Positions 26,956 through 41,585 of a stretch of 64,000 bases of DNA are shown here, piece after piece. A program made the translations under genes and the position numbers. The notes beneath the pieces were generated by a model that was given only the letters and a program-made list of their open reading frames with translations, ran no database searches and was not told the origin of the DNA. The stretch is from the human T2T-CHM13v2.0 reference genome, Homo sapiens: NCBI RefSeq assembly GCF_009914755.1, contig NC_060936.1, one strand, 5' to 3'. Within the stretch, counting starts at the first letter, position 1. Every line of letters begins with the position of its first letter.

Positions 26956-27956
26956 AAAGTCATAGTCATTTTTAAAGTTTCAATATCAAATAGCAGAAAG
27001 ACTATTCAGAGAAATTTTCTTAAAACACTGGTCTTCAAACTGTCACTTAAAAAAGTAGTAATAGGACTTTTTCTGAGGTCATCTCATATGGCACTCCATC
27101 ATAATAAATAACATTTACTTTATTAGTATAAATTTATTTTATAAACTAAAGCTTTTAACATTTACTTATTATAAAATCAACAAAAAATGTGGAACTGGAA
27201 AGCACCTGTTGGCTGCAAATTTATATCTACATCCAGTTTATTTCAGTTTTTTGTTTCAGTTGTACAGTTTTGAGAAAATTCTTGATCTGCACAGAAAAGT
27301 ACTTGCCAAATAATAATAGTGTTTTTATAGCTTATGAATTTCTGAACATTTTTCAATTAAATAGATTCAAAGTTTGTAAAAGTATTAAATAAAAAATTTT
27401 AGGTTCAGAGTTGTGTACTTAAAAATAAACAACAACTGTAAACATAAGTAAACATAAATACTACAAGTATTTATAACAGAATACTATTGAAGTGCATCAT
27501 GCCAATTATTTTGGTTATTGAAAAACTAAATAGGGTTCCTGCAATGCAAACACTCATGGAGTAGATGTGTCTAGTTTTTGCCTGTCATCCATTGGCATCC
27601 AGCACGTGTATGCTGTAGTAATACACTTGCCTGAACAATTTTATACATACTGACATGGATAGGCTTGAGCTATGAAAAAAAGAAAAACACAGCCAGACTT
27701 CCACCTCTCTCACCAATGACACATTCTCATTTACAGTTTACATGAGGACACTGAGAGTCTTTGAGGTTAAGTCACTTAAGTTAGACAGTGGCCGTGTATG
27801 AGTGAATGTCTGTCATTGGACTTTGAGTCCTAGGTTAATTTTGCCTCTCCATGGTTTCCTCATGTTAATCCTGCTGCTTGTTGATTGGTTGTTTTTCGTG
27901 ACAGACTCAGTGACTGTATGACCCTATTATGAGCTCCCCCTAAAACTGTTAGCTCT

Positions 27957-28974
27957 AAAGAAATAGTCATCAGAGTAAACAGACAACCCACAGATTGGTA
28001 GAAAATATTTTCAAATGAGATATCCAACAAAGGAGTAATATCCAGAATCTACAAGGAACTCAAACAAATCAGCAAGAAAAAAACAAATAATCCCATCAAA
28101 AACTGGGCAAATGACATGAACAGACATTTCTCAAAAGAAGATACACAAATGACCAACAAACATGAAAAAATGCACTTACTAATCATGAGGGAAATGCAAA
28201 TTAAAACCACAATGAGATACCGTCTTACTCCTGCAAGAATGGCCATAATTAAAAAGTCAAAAAAACAATAGATGTTGGCATGGACATGGTGAAAAAGGAA
28301 CACTTATACACTCCTGGTGGGAATGGAAGGAAATTAATGCAAGCTCTGTGAAAAAAGAGATTTCTTAAAGAACTAAAAGTAGATCTACCATTTAATCCAG
28401 AAATCCCACTACTGGGTATCTACCCAAAGGAAAATAAGTAATTATATCAAAAAGATACCTGCACGTGTATAATTATTGCAGCACAATTCACAATTGCCAA
28501 GCTATAAAACCAACCTAAGTGCCCATCAACCTGTAAGTAGATAAAGAAAATATGGTATATATACACCATGGAATATACACTACTATGTATACACTAGTCA
28601 GTACATATACACTACTCAGCCATAAAAAAGAATGAAATAATGTCCTTTGCAGCAACTTGGATGGAGCTGTAGGCTATGATTCTAAGTGAAGTAACTCAGG
28701 AATGGAAAACCAAATACCATGCTCTCACTTACAAGTGGGAGCTAAGTTGTGGGTACACAAAGGGATACAGAGTGTTATAACGGACTATGGTAACTCAAAA
28801 GGGGGAGGCGGGAGGGAGAAAAAGAAAAAAAAACTGCATACTGAGTGCAGTGTACACTATTTGAGTGACGAGAGCATTAAAATCTCAGACTTCACCACTA
28901 TAAAATTCACCCACATAATCAAAAACTACTTGTGCCCACAAAATTCTTGAAATTAAAAAATATATTTTAAAAAA
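27957..28974 (+). mobile_element. 5'-truncated L1 (L1PB-like), ORF2 end plus 3' UTR
   Basis: Typical L1 3' sequence. TSD ctgttagctcta on both flanks. Confidence 0.93.
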
Positions 28975-29499
28975 ACCTGTTAGCTCTAGAGTGTACAATC
29001 TCCTCCGTGTGGTTGCCAGTGAGCCTTGTCTGGGTCTACAGATGTTGGTAAAAGCTGGGTCACACACAGACTAAGGAGAGAGAAGAAAGAGTGAAGCAGT
29101 GGAAAAGAGCATTTAGAGCTGGTCCCATTGACAGGAGCAGTGATCTGAGATCATGTGAGGTGGGTAACGATGATACCCCAAGACTACCCAGACTCAGACT
29201 GGTGATGCTGGCTCCCAACAGGTGGATATTGTCCCAAGGTCTGTTTTGGTGGTAATTAATCATAAGGATTAAGTGTAATCATATCTTTCAGAGACCCATC
29301 TTGTATCCTGTGTGATTTGGTTTTAGGCAAATGACCACAGAACGAAAATTCTTGTGTTCGTCACATGCCATAATCACATCCATAAATTTTATAGCTGAAG
29401 ATATAGCAATGAAAAGATATCACACAACGCTTACCCTAGGCTCTTTTTCCCCACTCCTAGGCCTTTGGATTTTCCCATAATCTTACCTACATTTTCTTT

Positions 29500-30563
29500 T
29501 TTAAATTAAATTAAATTTTATCTTTTTATTTATTTTATAAAGTTATATTTTAGTTGACAAATAATAATTGTATATATTTCTGGAAAACAGTGTGGTGTTT
29601 TGATAGATGTATACATTTAGGAATGATCAAATCAGGTTAATTAGCATACCTATCACCTCAAATGCTTATCATTTTCTTGGGGTAAGAACATTAAAAATCC
29701 TCTCTTTTAGCTATTTTGAAATATACAATATACTATTATTAACAGTAGTCATCATGCTGTGCAATAGAACACCAGAACATATTTCTCCTATCTAACTGAA
29801 ACTTTGGACCCTGATATGGTTTGGCTCTGTGTTCCCACCCAAGTCTCATCTTGTAGCTCCCGTAATTCCCATGTGTTATGAGAAGGACACAAGGGAGATG
29901 ATTTAACCCTGGGGGTCAGTCTTTCCTGTGCTGTTTTCATGATAGTGAATGGGTGTTATGATATATGATGGTTTTAAAAATGGGAGTTTTCCTGCACAAA
30001 CTATCTTTCCTTGTCTGCCGCCATGTGGGACATGCTTTTTGTCTTCCGCCATGATTGTGAGGCCGCTCCAGCCATATGGAACTGTAAGTCCAATAAGCCT
30101 CTTTCTTTTGTAAATTGCCCAGTCTGAGGTATGTCTTTATCAGCAGTGTGAAAATAAACTAATACAGACCCATTCATCAACACCTCCCCTTTCCCATCCA
30201 CAACCCCCCTCCAGTAGCCTCTGGTAACCACCATTCTACTCTCTGCTTCTATGAGTTTGAAATTTTTAGATTCTGGATATAAATGAGATCATAGCTATTT
30301 CCCCAAAGAAAGCAACAGATACATGAAAAAAACTGCTCAAAATCTCTAAAAGAAATGCAAATTTAAACCACAATGAGATATCATCTCACATCTGTTAGGA
30401 TGGCTATTATCAAAAAGATGAACGGTGGTGTTGGTGAGGATGTGCAGAAAAGGAAACACTTGTACACTGTAGATGATATCATAAATTAGTACAGCCATTT
30501 TAAAAAACAGCATGGAGTTTCCTTAAAAAACTAAAAATAAAATTGCTATATAATCCAGCAATG
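29500..30563 (-). mobile_element. 5'-inverted L1MA-like insertion, interrupted by THE1
   Basis: Minus-strand 3' UTR (29500 to ~30297) joined to a plus-strand ORF2-end segment (~30298-30563). TSD acctacattttcttt / acctatattttcttt. Confidence 0.82.
29812..30166 (+). mobile_element. THE1 solo LTR
   Basis: tgatatggtttggct...actaataca with perfect TSD GACCC. Confidence 0.93.
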
Positions 30564-30681
30564 ACCTATATTTTCTTTACAGCTTTCTCAAACCCTCCTA
30601 GTTCCTCCCAGTGTGGAGCCCCTTGGCAGGTGCTTCTGGTCTGACTGCGAAGCAATGAGGCACTTTGTTGTTAATGTTACA

Positions 30682-30740
30682 GACACCAGTCATTAAGCCT
30701 ATCAGAATTAATGACACCAGTAATTAAGTCTATTAGAATT
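30682..30740. repeat. 31-bp tandem duplication
   Basis: gacaccagtcattaagcctatcagaatt / gacaccagtaattaagtctattagaatt. Confidence 0.8.
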
Positions 30741-32142
30741 CCACAAACCACACAGGAAGATCAGTTGATGATGATCAGTCACATGTTATATTCAAAGAGC
30801 TACTTTAGTCACCTATTTTCATGAAATAAGTTGAGCATATGCATTTTTGCCTATAGATTATTAATGGTAAGAATAACTGAAGCATATTAGAAATTCAAGC
30901 ACATACTGATATTTTTTCCTCTATTAAATCCATAAATAGCAGCCATTTGACATGCAGACTCTTAAGCTTTTAATGGCAGTAATTACAAGGCCCTATCTCT
31001 TTTGAACTTTACTTGTCTGTGATTGATTTATTCTCTGCCTTGTCAGATGAAAAAACTTTAACATAAAAAACATGAGGGATTTTTTGTATTTTAAAAAATT
31101 CCCTATGCCTTTTTTCTCCTTGATGTGAAGATGATGGGTAGACTATTGAGTGGTAACAAGCTGGGACAAGTCATGACATCCTGATCACCTTCCTGTCTGG
31201 GTGTGTGATCCTTGCAGATTGTCTAATAGCCTGGTGCTCAACTTGCTCTTTGTAAATCCCAGTGTGTGAAACAAAGACAAGGAGTTCACCATCAATTTGA
31301 CCCAAGCTCAAGTCAGACACATGTTTTACCACAAAGAAACAATAGTGCCCTAAAACCCATGAGCCAGAGGACCTACTCTTGGCTTACATGACGATGAGGA
31401 TGTCTCTCCTCTCCTTCTTCTCAACCAATTGGAATAACTGCTTTTCCCATTTTACTTTCTAGAAAACCATCTATAAATCCCTCTTGCTTCCCACTTTCTT
31501 CTTGCATCCTCTTTGCACGTGCCTCCTAACTTATGGTGCTTTACCTTATTGACAACAGAAGGATGTGACAACTGACTGTGGACTCTTCCCTTTGGTTCAG
31601 TCCAAAAATATTTTTATGTCATCATTGTAGTCATGTCTCCTCTGGCCTCATGACTTTCCAACCCACAGATGCCTACATTCATTTCTTTCCACTTTATCCT
31701 GTCACTGTTGAGCCAGGCTTTTCTCAAAGAGGGTAATTGTCTCTTATTATCGGAATAATTCTACTTAACCTTCTTCATAATAAACCAGCAGAAGTTCTAT
31801 AGGAGGACTGATGCTGCTGACATGTAGCATAGAAACCCCATAATTAATAGTTTCAAATTCTGTGCTTTTGAAAACATTTAGCTCTTACACCCAGAAAATC
31901 TCCATACATGAAAGCATTCATTCATTTATTTATTCAATATGTATCCTGTGTGTGGCATTCTACTGGGCCTTAGATATAAAGCCAAGAACGAGATAGATAT
32001 GATTCCTGCCCTCAAAGTGCTTACAGTCTGATGAAGGAGGCAGATACCACACAGTGGTTAGAGTATAATTGGTTACAATTGTGATAATGCTACAAATGGC
32101 AAGTTCAGAATGCCATGAAAATATATAACAGGGAGACTTGCC

Positions 32143-32772
32143 TGATACAGGACAAACAGGTTTGTATGCCCACGGCACAATAACAGAATCATTACACTGA
32201 GACAGCAGGGATGCAGCAGAGAAAGTTTAATGACCACAGGGCGCTGAGTGAGGAGTTGGAAGGAGACCCTCAAATCCATCTTCCTGAGGAATTCTGGGCT
32301 AGGGTTTTTAAGAGGATCATGGAGGGCAAGGGACTGGAGAATTAGGATTGTTGATTGGTCAGGGCAAGGGGGGTGAACTCATCAGGATTTAGAAACTGCA
32401 TTATTTGATGAGTAGGCTTCTCATGGGGTCCCTCAGATCAGTTGAGTCAGTGGAGTCCTTTGGACCTGCTGATGTAGTAGTTTCATAGTATGCAGAACCT
32501 GAAGGAGTATCTCAAAGAAAAAACTTCTTAATGTTTCATAATGTTCAAGTTGTTCTCTACAGAGCAGTTAAGGGAAAGTGTAATCTTATAACATGGTCTA
32601 CATGATTCTAGGACAACAGATAACAAACAACTATGAGGAAACAGGTCAGAGAGTGAGCTAACTTCATGATTAATGCTGAATGTGCTACAGGCTGGGTTTA
32701 TGTTGGTTTCTCCCTCTCCCTGTTTCCTGATTAATTTTGATTAATTTTTTAAAGTTTATATGGGGAGTTTCA
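32143..32772 (-). mobile_element. ERV1-class solo LTR (MER39-like)
   Basis: Minus strand tgaaactcccc...gcacattcagcattaatcat...cctgtatca, TG..CA ends. Confidence 0.7.
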
Positions 32773-33087
32773 GGCCAATGACAATTAATGTTTCTTAAGC
32801 ACTAACTATGCACCTGCCAAGCCTCACAACAACCCTATGAGAAAGGGGCCATTACTATTTTCATTTTATACAAGAAGAAACTGAGGTCTAAAGAATAACC
32901 AGCCCAAAGTGAAACAGCTAATAAGGGATGAAGTTGGAATTTGGACCCAAGTTTGTATGACTCCAGAGACTATATCATTAACCTGTGTGCACCCCCACCT
33001 ACAACAGAGGAACAAAGAACAAGTGCTAGGAGAACTCCTAGCACATCTGCTGCCAAGGCCTGGCTCCCCTTCGTACCATGAACCAGT

Positions 33088-33862
<775 letters not shown>

Positions 33863-33904
33863 ATTGTTAGATCAAGGGTTCTTAATGTCTGAAGGATCAT
33901 GGGC

Positions 33905-34515
33905 CCGGTGGCAGATACCCTGTGGCCACAAACACTTAGATATTCCCCTAATAGAGAGGTGGGGTCTGTGTTTCCATCCACTGAATTCAGACAGCCTCTG
34001 TGACTGCTTTGACCGACAGAACCTGACAGGAGTTTCATTGGATTAGTTTCTAGACCCATGCCTTAAGGAACTTGCAACTCCAGTCACTTAGAACACTCAT
34101 TCTGAGGGAAGCCAACCACTGTGTAAGAAGTCCAACCACCCTGAGACTGCCATACTGCGAGGAAGCTCAAGCTAGCCACGTGGAGAGGCTATGTTGAGAT
34201 AGATACCTGGCATCTTTAGCTGCTGTGGCCATCATAGTCCAGGTCCCAAGAATGGGTGGAAAAATCATCTTGGTCATTCCAACCTAACAGACTCAACAAG
34301 GAGAAAAGTTGAAGAAACAAGTCAACAGCCAAAATCAAGGCCCCAGGCATATGCAGCTATTTGAGCCACACAAGCTGAGATCCCAATCATCACTGGGCAG
34401 ACACAAGTCATTCCCTCTGTGCCCTGCTTGAATTCCAGACTCAGTGTTGTGAGCCTAATTAAATGCTTGTTGTTTTATTCTACTAGATTTTGGATTACTT
34501 TGTTCCACAGCAGAT
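33905..34515 (+). mobile_element. MLT1 MaLR LTR
   Basis: tgtgactgctttgacc, gtaagaagtccaaccaccctgagactgccat, ccctgcttgaattcc motifs. Confidence 0.7.
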
Positions 34516-34879
34516 CCTTTGAAAATTGGATGGGAGCAATGGATCCTCTTCTCAGAGCAATGCACACAGACACACATACACACATACACATACGTGTGTG
34601 CACACACACACAAGTTTATACCAAATCTTAGTGTTCACCACTCCCCTTAAATTAATCTGCTGATTCTAGACAAAGCATCTGGCCACCGAACAATTTTAGG
34701 CCTTTAGTTTTATAATTCAGGCCAAAGAAAAATAACAACAAAACAAATGCTAGATGCACGTCCACAAGTGAAGATAACTTTATTCCTATGTTAAATTCAG
34801 GCTGCAATATTGGAATGGAATTTCCTTACCAGACTCCTCTCAAGAGAAAACATTTGTAATGGAAGCTTTTCTTTTTTTT

Positions 34880-35950
<1,071 letters not shown>

Positions 35951-36401
35951 GTTCAAGAAAGAAAATGTACTCATAGTTCAGTGTGTGGCTCGCCTGTAAC
36001 CCGTAGTTACCAGGTCATAATAATTGAATACTAAATACTGATTTAACCAAAAATTGTAAGAGAACTCAAAGTATGGAAAGAGTAGCTGTGTGCATTTATG
36101 TGTGTGCATAGGGTAACAGTAGTTGTATGGTGATGGGAATAATACTCACTTAAAAAAGATTAAGTCTTATGCTTTTTAGTAGGAAGTTAATAATGTCTAT
36201 AATTGAAAAATCAGGAAATTTTAATATAATCACATTATCTAGAAACACGGAGGCCAATATCTGAAGGAAAAAAAAGAGCTAAAATATAACAATGGTTGCT
36301 TCCTGGGATCAGGACCAGTGGTGGGGCAGGGTACGGCTATTCTTTTTTGGAATCCTTATGTTCTACTTAACTTTGTTTTCTCTCAATTCCATGTGTATTA
36401 G

Positions 36402-36581
36402 GAGCCAGTGAGGCCCTCCATCAGCATAGTCCATAGAAGCCTAGGAGCTCCTGGACCTCCTCACTGCCAGCCACCCTCACTGAGAAAATCAGAAGTAGCA
36501 GTTGCTGCACAAACACTTGAAACATCTTCCACTCCTTATTGCCATGGGGACCATGGTCACAGATTCCCGGGTCCCCATGAG

Positions 36582-36629
<48 letters not shown>

Positions 36630-36630
36630 T
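36402..36630 (+). pseudogene. TMTC1: TMTC1 pseudo-exon 5 (Pro/Ser-rich loop), heavily decayed
   Basis: After a ttag acceptor: SEALHQHSP*KPRSSWTSSLP/HPH*ENQK*QLLHK/FHSLLP/RFP/SP*VV versus recalled SNGALCPRSPQQPGSPQPSSLPGHPHRENGKQQRFPHK..CHSPLP..GFPVSPRAVW. Confidence 0.8.
36584..36627. repeat. (GT)22 microsatellite
   Basis: Pure 44-bp GT run. Confidence 0.97.
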
Positions 36631-37224
36631 TGTCCCTGTGTGTTTTCAATGTCCAGCATCACCTAGTGCAGCCTGTGATGCCTGGAGAAGCGAGCTCAGC
36701 TTCTTATGACCTCCCTCTCTCTCCCTCTCTTCATCTCTCCTTCCTTTTTTTCTTCTTTCCCTCTATTTCTGCCTTATGTTAGAATAGACAAGAAAAGAGT
36801 AGCTAGGAACCAAGCTGAAACTCTGCTGGATGCCATCACTTGGAAGGAAGGTGATGAGCTGTGGGTCTGGGAAGCCTTAAGAAGAACAATCACGTTCCCC
36901 TTCCCTGGGGGAAGAGTCCTGTGCACAGAGAAGAGGCACCTTAGGTTTGCTGAGGAGGAGAGCATTCTCCCCACCTTCTCCCTCCTTAATCTTTGCATTT
37001 GATATAAACACATAACAGGTACGGGAGGGAGCTCAGGGGACACTTTTATCTGAAATGTTTAGAAAGAGGCAAGAAAATGCTTTTAAAGCAAGAGATTTTC
37101 CAATGCCTTTATAATTTTGTTTTTGTCTTCTTTGACTCAGCTATGAAGCTTAACATAGATTTACCAACACAGGGGCTTTGTTCCTAATCACTTCCTCCTG
37201 CTCTTCATCTGCGTCTTTCTTTCA

Positions 37225-38160
37225 TTCACTGACTCATTCATTCATCAGCAAATATCTATTGAACATCTACCATTTTCCAGCCACTGTTCCAGGCACCAGG
37301 GATCTCCTGGTGAATAAGAAAGACAAGGCCTTCACTCCTCGGTAGCTTCCCTTCCAATGAGGAAGACAGATGATGAACCATCAACAACTGAGTGAATGAC
37401 GTGAGTGCTGTGAAGAGAGTGGGGGACAGCCTCCCTGTGCCAGGGATGTCTGAGCTGAGACCTGATTGATGGTGGGAGCCCTTGCTGCGAGGATCTGGCA
37501 GAGGGTTCCAGGTTTGAAGGTGATGAACAAGTGGAGAGAGACAGGGTGAGGGCAGAGAGCAGGCGGGATACAGATAATGAAGGGCAGTGTTGGCTGGGAA
37601 GCCAGTATGGATCTTATTCTGAGTGCAATGGAAAGACACTGGAGTCTTCTGGTTTGTTAATTTGTTTTGTTTTATTGTGGTGTGGGAGTGATATGATCAG
37701 ATTTGCTTTTTTAAAAGTTCAAGCTGGTGGCTGTGTGAAGAAAAGAGCCCTGTTAGGAGGCTGTACAGTGTTCTGTGGGAGGTGGATGGCTCTTGAGGCA
37801 AAGCAGTAACCACGGCAATGAAGGGACATGGGCAGTTTGGGGATATATTTTAGAGGTAGAGTCAACAGGACCTGCTGGTAGATGAGATGAAAGAGGAGAG
37901 AGGGAATCAAGAGTCTCTGGGTTTTTAGCTTGAACAAGCTCTTTGTTGAGAGAGAAAGATTAGAGAAGAATTGGCTTGGGATAGGGGGTTAGGGAAGGAT
38001 AAAGACTCAGGAAGGTATGACATCCCAAGGGAGAGAGAAAAGAGATTTATGTGTTTCTGTGGAAGGGCAGTAAAGAGAAAAATGAGGAGTTAGGTGAGCC
38101 GTGGTGACTTTCGAAGGAAAGATATCAGTAGAAGGATGAGTCAGAAGTCACATTCTCAAG
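37225..38160 (-). mobile_element. L2 3' portion
   Basis: cattcattcatcagcaaatatctattga end motif, plus gatatgatcagatttgc and gggatatattttagaggtagagtcaacaggac. Confidence 0.8.
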
Positions 38161-38621
38161 AAGATGGTGAACACCAGGAAGGAGGGGCAGAGTCAGTTTT
38201 CACTCACAGTGTGTCCCCAGTTCCAGTCACTGTGTGTGGCAAACAGCAGGTGCTCCTTAATCATTTGTGAAGTGAACAATGACAGAGCGGAAGGCAAAGA
38301 GGTATTGGAACTCAGTGAGGAACACTTTTAGTAAATTTGGGAGTGAAAGCATTAAGAGAAAAAGAATGCTAAATGGCAGACATGTCAGATTTTATTTTGT
38401 GTGTGTGTGTTAAATTTAATGGATATGAGAGACTTGAATATTTGTAGTCACAGAAGAGATAACTCTAGAGAGGAGAGCTGAAGAAGCTGGCCCAAGAAGG
38501 AATAATTGATGACAAAGGTTCTTCGACAGGAGGAAGGAGACTAACATCTGTTATCTATCTATTATGTACCAAGAAGTGGGCTAGGCTTTATAGTTGTTAT
38601 CTCAACATCACAATAGCCCTT

Positions 38622-38830
38622 GAGGTGGAGACAAAACACAGCATACTCAATTAAATTTTAATTTTAGATAACAAAATATTTATTTTAACATTATGGCCTC
38701 ATGTAGTAATTTTGGTGTAAGTATTCCCCATGCAGTATTTGGGACTTACTTATATTTTTAAAAATATTTAATGTTTATACAAAACTCAAATTTAATTGGA
38801 TCCCCTATATTTTCATCTGGCAACTCCACT
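38622..38830. mobile_element. MER53-like palindromic hAT MITE within a MIR
   Basis: caattaaattttaattttagataac ... aactcaaatttaattgg...tctggcaact. Confidence 0.65.
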
Positions 38831-41085
38831 TTGGGGTAAATAATATAATTGCTGTTTTACCTGAAGGAAACTGAACATCTGAGATATTCAATAACATTGT
38901 CCTCATTCACGAAGTTAAAAGTGAGAACATCAAGATTGAAACCCAGTCTTTTTGACTTCTGAACCCCACTTTTCTCACTTGTGATGTCATGGGAGATTGC
39001 AGTCCAGAGTCTCTGGCAGGGACTAAGTTCAGTGAGAAGGCTCTTGTCCCAATTGTATGCATGCCTGGTCTCCCTGTTAAACTCCCAGGGGTGAGGAACT
39101 TCTTGGGATCATTTTTGTGTCCATTAAAAGAGCCATTTACTACATGATTCTTGATGTACTTCGAGGTGGGACATTTTTGCTAACATATTAAGATGAATGA
39201 CAAACTTTTGAAAGTCACTTTCTGTTTAAATCTCCAACCACTGGGCTAATTTAATGAGGGAGGCTGGCCAGACAGCACACACCGCACTGCTGAAATCAAC
39301 TAGATATTTACCAAATTAATGCTTGTGAATGAAGAGGACAGCTTTATTTCTTTTGAGAAGGAATCTATTTTTTTATATAAAAATGAACTCAATATTAAAA
39401 TTATCTGTGTGAACTATGCTTGTCCCTTTGGCAGGACGTGGGTGAGGTAAGCTTACCCTAACTCCTAAGAGGCGGTATAGTCTATGATGCAAGAACTCTG
39501 ACTCTGCAGCCAGAGGGGCAGAACCTTGAGTTTCCTGTTCTCAAAAATTGGGATGATGATGATAATAATAATAATATAATCCCTACAGAGTAGGTTGGAG
39601 GACTAAATGAGATTGCACATGTAATAAACCTTTAACAGGATGGTAGCTACCATCTTCATCAACATTAGTGGTGCATAGGGGTAAATAATGGTAATACGGT
39701 AATAATGGTAAATAATGGTGGATCCACATTTTAAAAGTTGGGAAGAAGATTGTGTGAGGATTTTGTTACTGTTCAACTTTGAGAGCTGTTTGTAACAAGA
39801 ACCTCATGTGACTTTTTATGGGGGCATTGGTACCAGGCTGAAATAAATCTGGCTTAAATTCTGACCAGGTAAAATGTTCCTTACATATGTCACCAAACAT
39901 AAGAAAAAAGTAGTTTCCTCTGAATACCATTTCTTTAGTTGCCCAGATTTATATGCCACTTAGTCATTTCTTTAAAGGAAAAAAGTCTACTACATGATGG
40001 AAACATTGGATTGAGGATATGCAGTTCTGTCCTGCAATCAGATAAAATTTAAGTTGATTTTGCCTTTCTCATGGCATTATTCCATGTTATATACTCTTCC
40101 TCATCTAACCCAAAACATTGTTTATACCCGAAGCTTTTCTCTTTCATATTAGAAAGCTCAGTGAATTCTATATGAAATATTATCATATATATGGTCTCAA
40201 CTGATTTCACTTTCATCAGATAGTGACCAAAATACGTACTAAGAAAAATTTTTGATCTAAGGAATTCATGGACATTTTCTCTCTTTTCTGTGGCAGCACC
40301 CCCTGCAGGGCCTCTCATGTTCAGACATTTATTCAATAAATATTTACTGAGCACTTTCTACATGCTGAGTACTACCTTAGGTGCTGGGGGACTCAGCAGA
40401 CTACAAAATAAAGCCCTACGCTCATGGAACTTAGCTGGTGATCACGTTTTTGCTTACTTGTTCTACGTTTTGTGGATGAGACACAAGTTAGACTTTCACT
40501 CACTCCCTGGATCTTAGAAGTCTTTGTTCTAATTGCTTCTACACAGCCAAGTAAATCAAGAAGTTAAGGCAGGTTTGGGAGTAGAGAACAGTTTCATATT
40601 GCTCCCTGAATTAAAACCACAGAGTATTTAAAATTCAGGGAACTTAAGGAAGCATATCAATACTATGACCTTTGCTGCTAGAATGGATAGCTACTCTTTT
40701 TCAGGGTCGTTTTAATGTTTCATTTTCTCAGATCCTTGCACTGCACTGTAATCTTGCAAAGAATCACTGCAAAATCTTCCCAGGCTTATTTAAACTCCTA
40801 AGATGGACTTTTCTGGGTTTGTGTTGCACACACATAGAGCCATGAGTGGGCAACAGTTATGTCTATGTCAACAACAATGGATTGGGTTTGAGAGAAACTT
40901 GCTGAGCCTTTACACATCTTCCCTGTTGACTGGCCCTTAAGCCCTTCTGAGCCTCATTTAACTGCTGCCTTTGATGAAGTGATCAAATGAACTGAATGTA
41001 GAAAAAATGGAACGATGAGTTACAAGAGGAGTTTGTGGGTTCATATTTGTTTAATAGACACCCACCCATCCATTCATCTCCACCA

Positions 41086-41585
41086 TTTCAGTCATCTATT
41101 GCTAACCAACAAACCATCCCAGAACTTAGTGGTGTAAAGCAACAATCATTTTGTTATACTCATGGTTTCTGTGGGCAAAGAACTCAGAAAGGGCCCAAAG
41201 AAGAAAGTTCATTGGGGCACCACTGTGTGACTGAGCCTAGCTAGTGTGACTTGTATGGCCAGGACCAACCAGAGAAGCTGAGACTGTAGGATTCACTTCC
41301 AAGATGGCTTCTTCGCTCCCTCCCATGTTCAGCGGGCTAGGATGCTAAAGGACTGGCCCAGTTGGACTGCCAAGCAGAATGCCTATATGTGGCTCAAAGC
41401 TTCAAGAACAAATGCTCCCAGAGAACAAGGTGGATGCTGCAGCCTCAGAGGTCACACAGCCTCATCTCAGCTATACTGCACTGAAGCAGCCACAAGCTCA
41501 CTGAGATTCCAGGTAAGGAGACAGAGACTCTGCCTCTCAAGGGAAGGTGCATCAAATAATTCACAGCTTTGTGAAAGCCTCCACA
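41086..41585 (-). mobile_element. MLT1 MaLR LTR
   Basis: aacaaaccatcccagaacttagtggtgtaaagcaacaatc, cacttccaagatggcttc. Confidence 0.7.

Noticed and set aside
28565-28616. Three tatacacta micro-repeats inside the L1
   Set aside because: Small slippage duplication in a repeat with no sign of function
36408-36782. 124-aa ORF containing CVCVCV
   Set aside because: An out-of-frame read of decayed exon 5 running through the GT microsatellite
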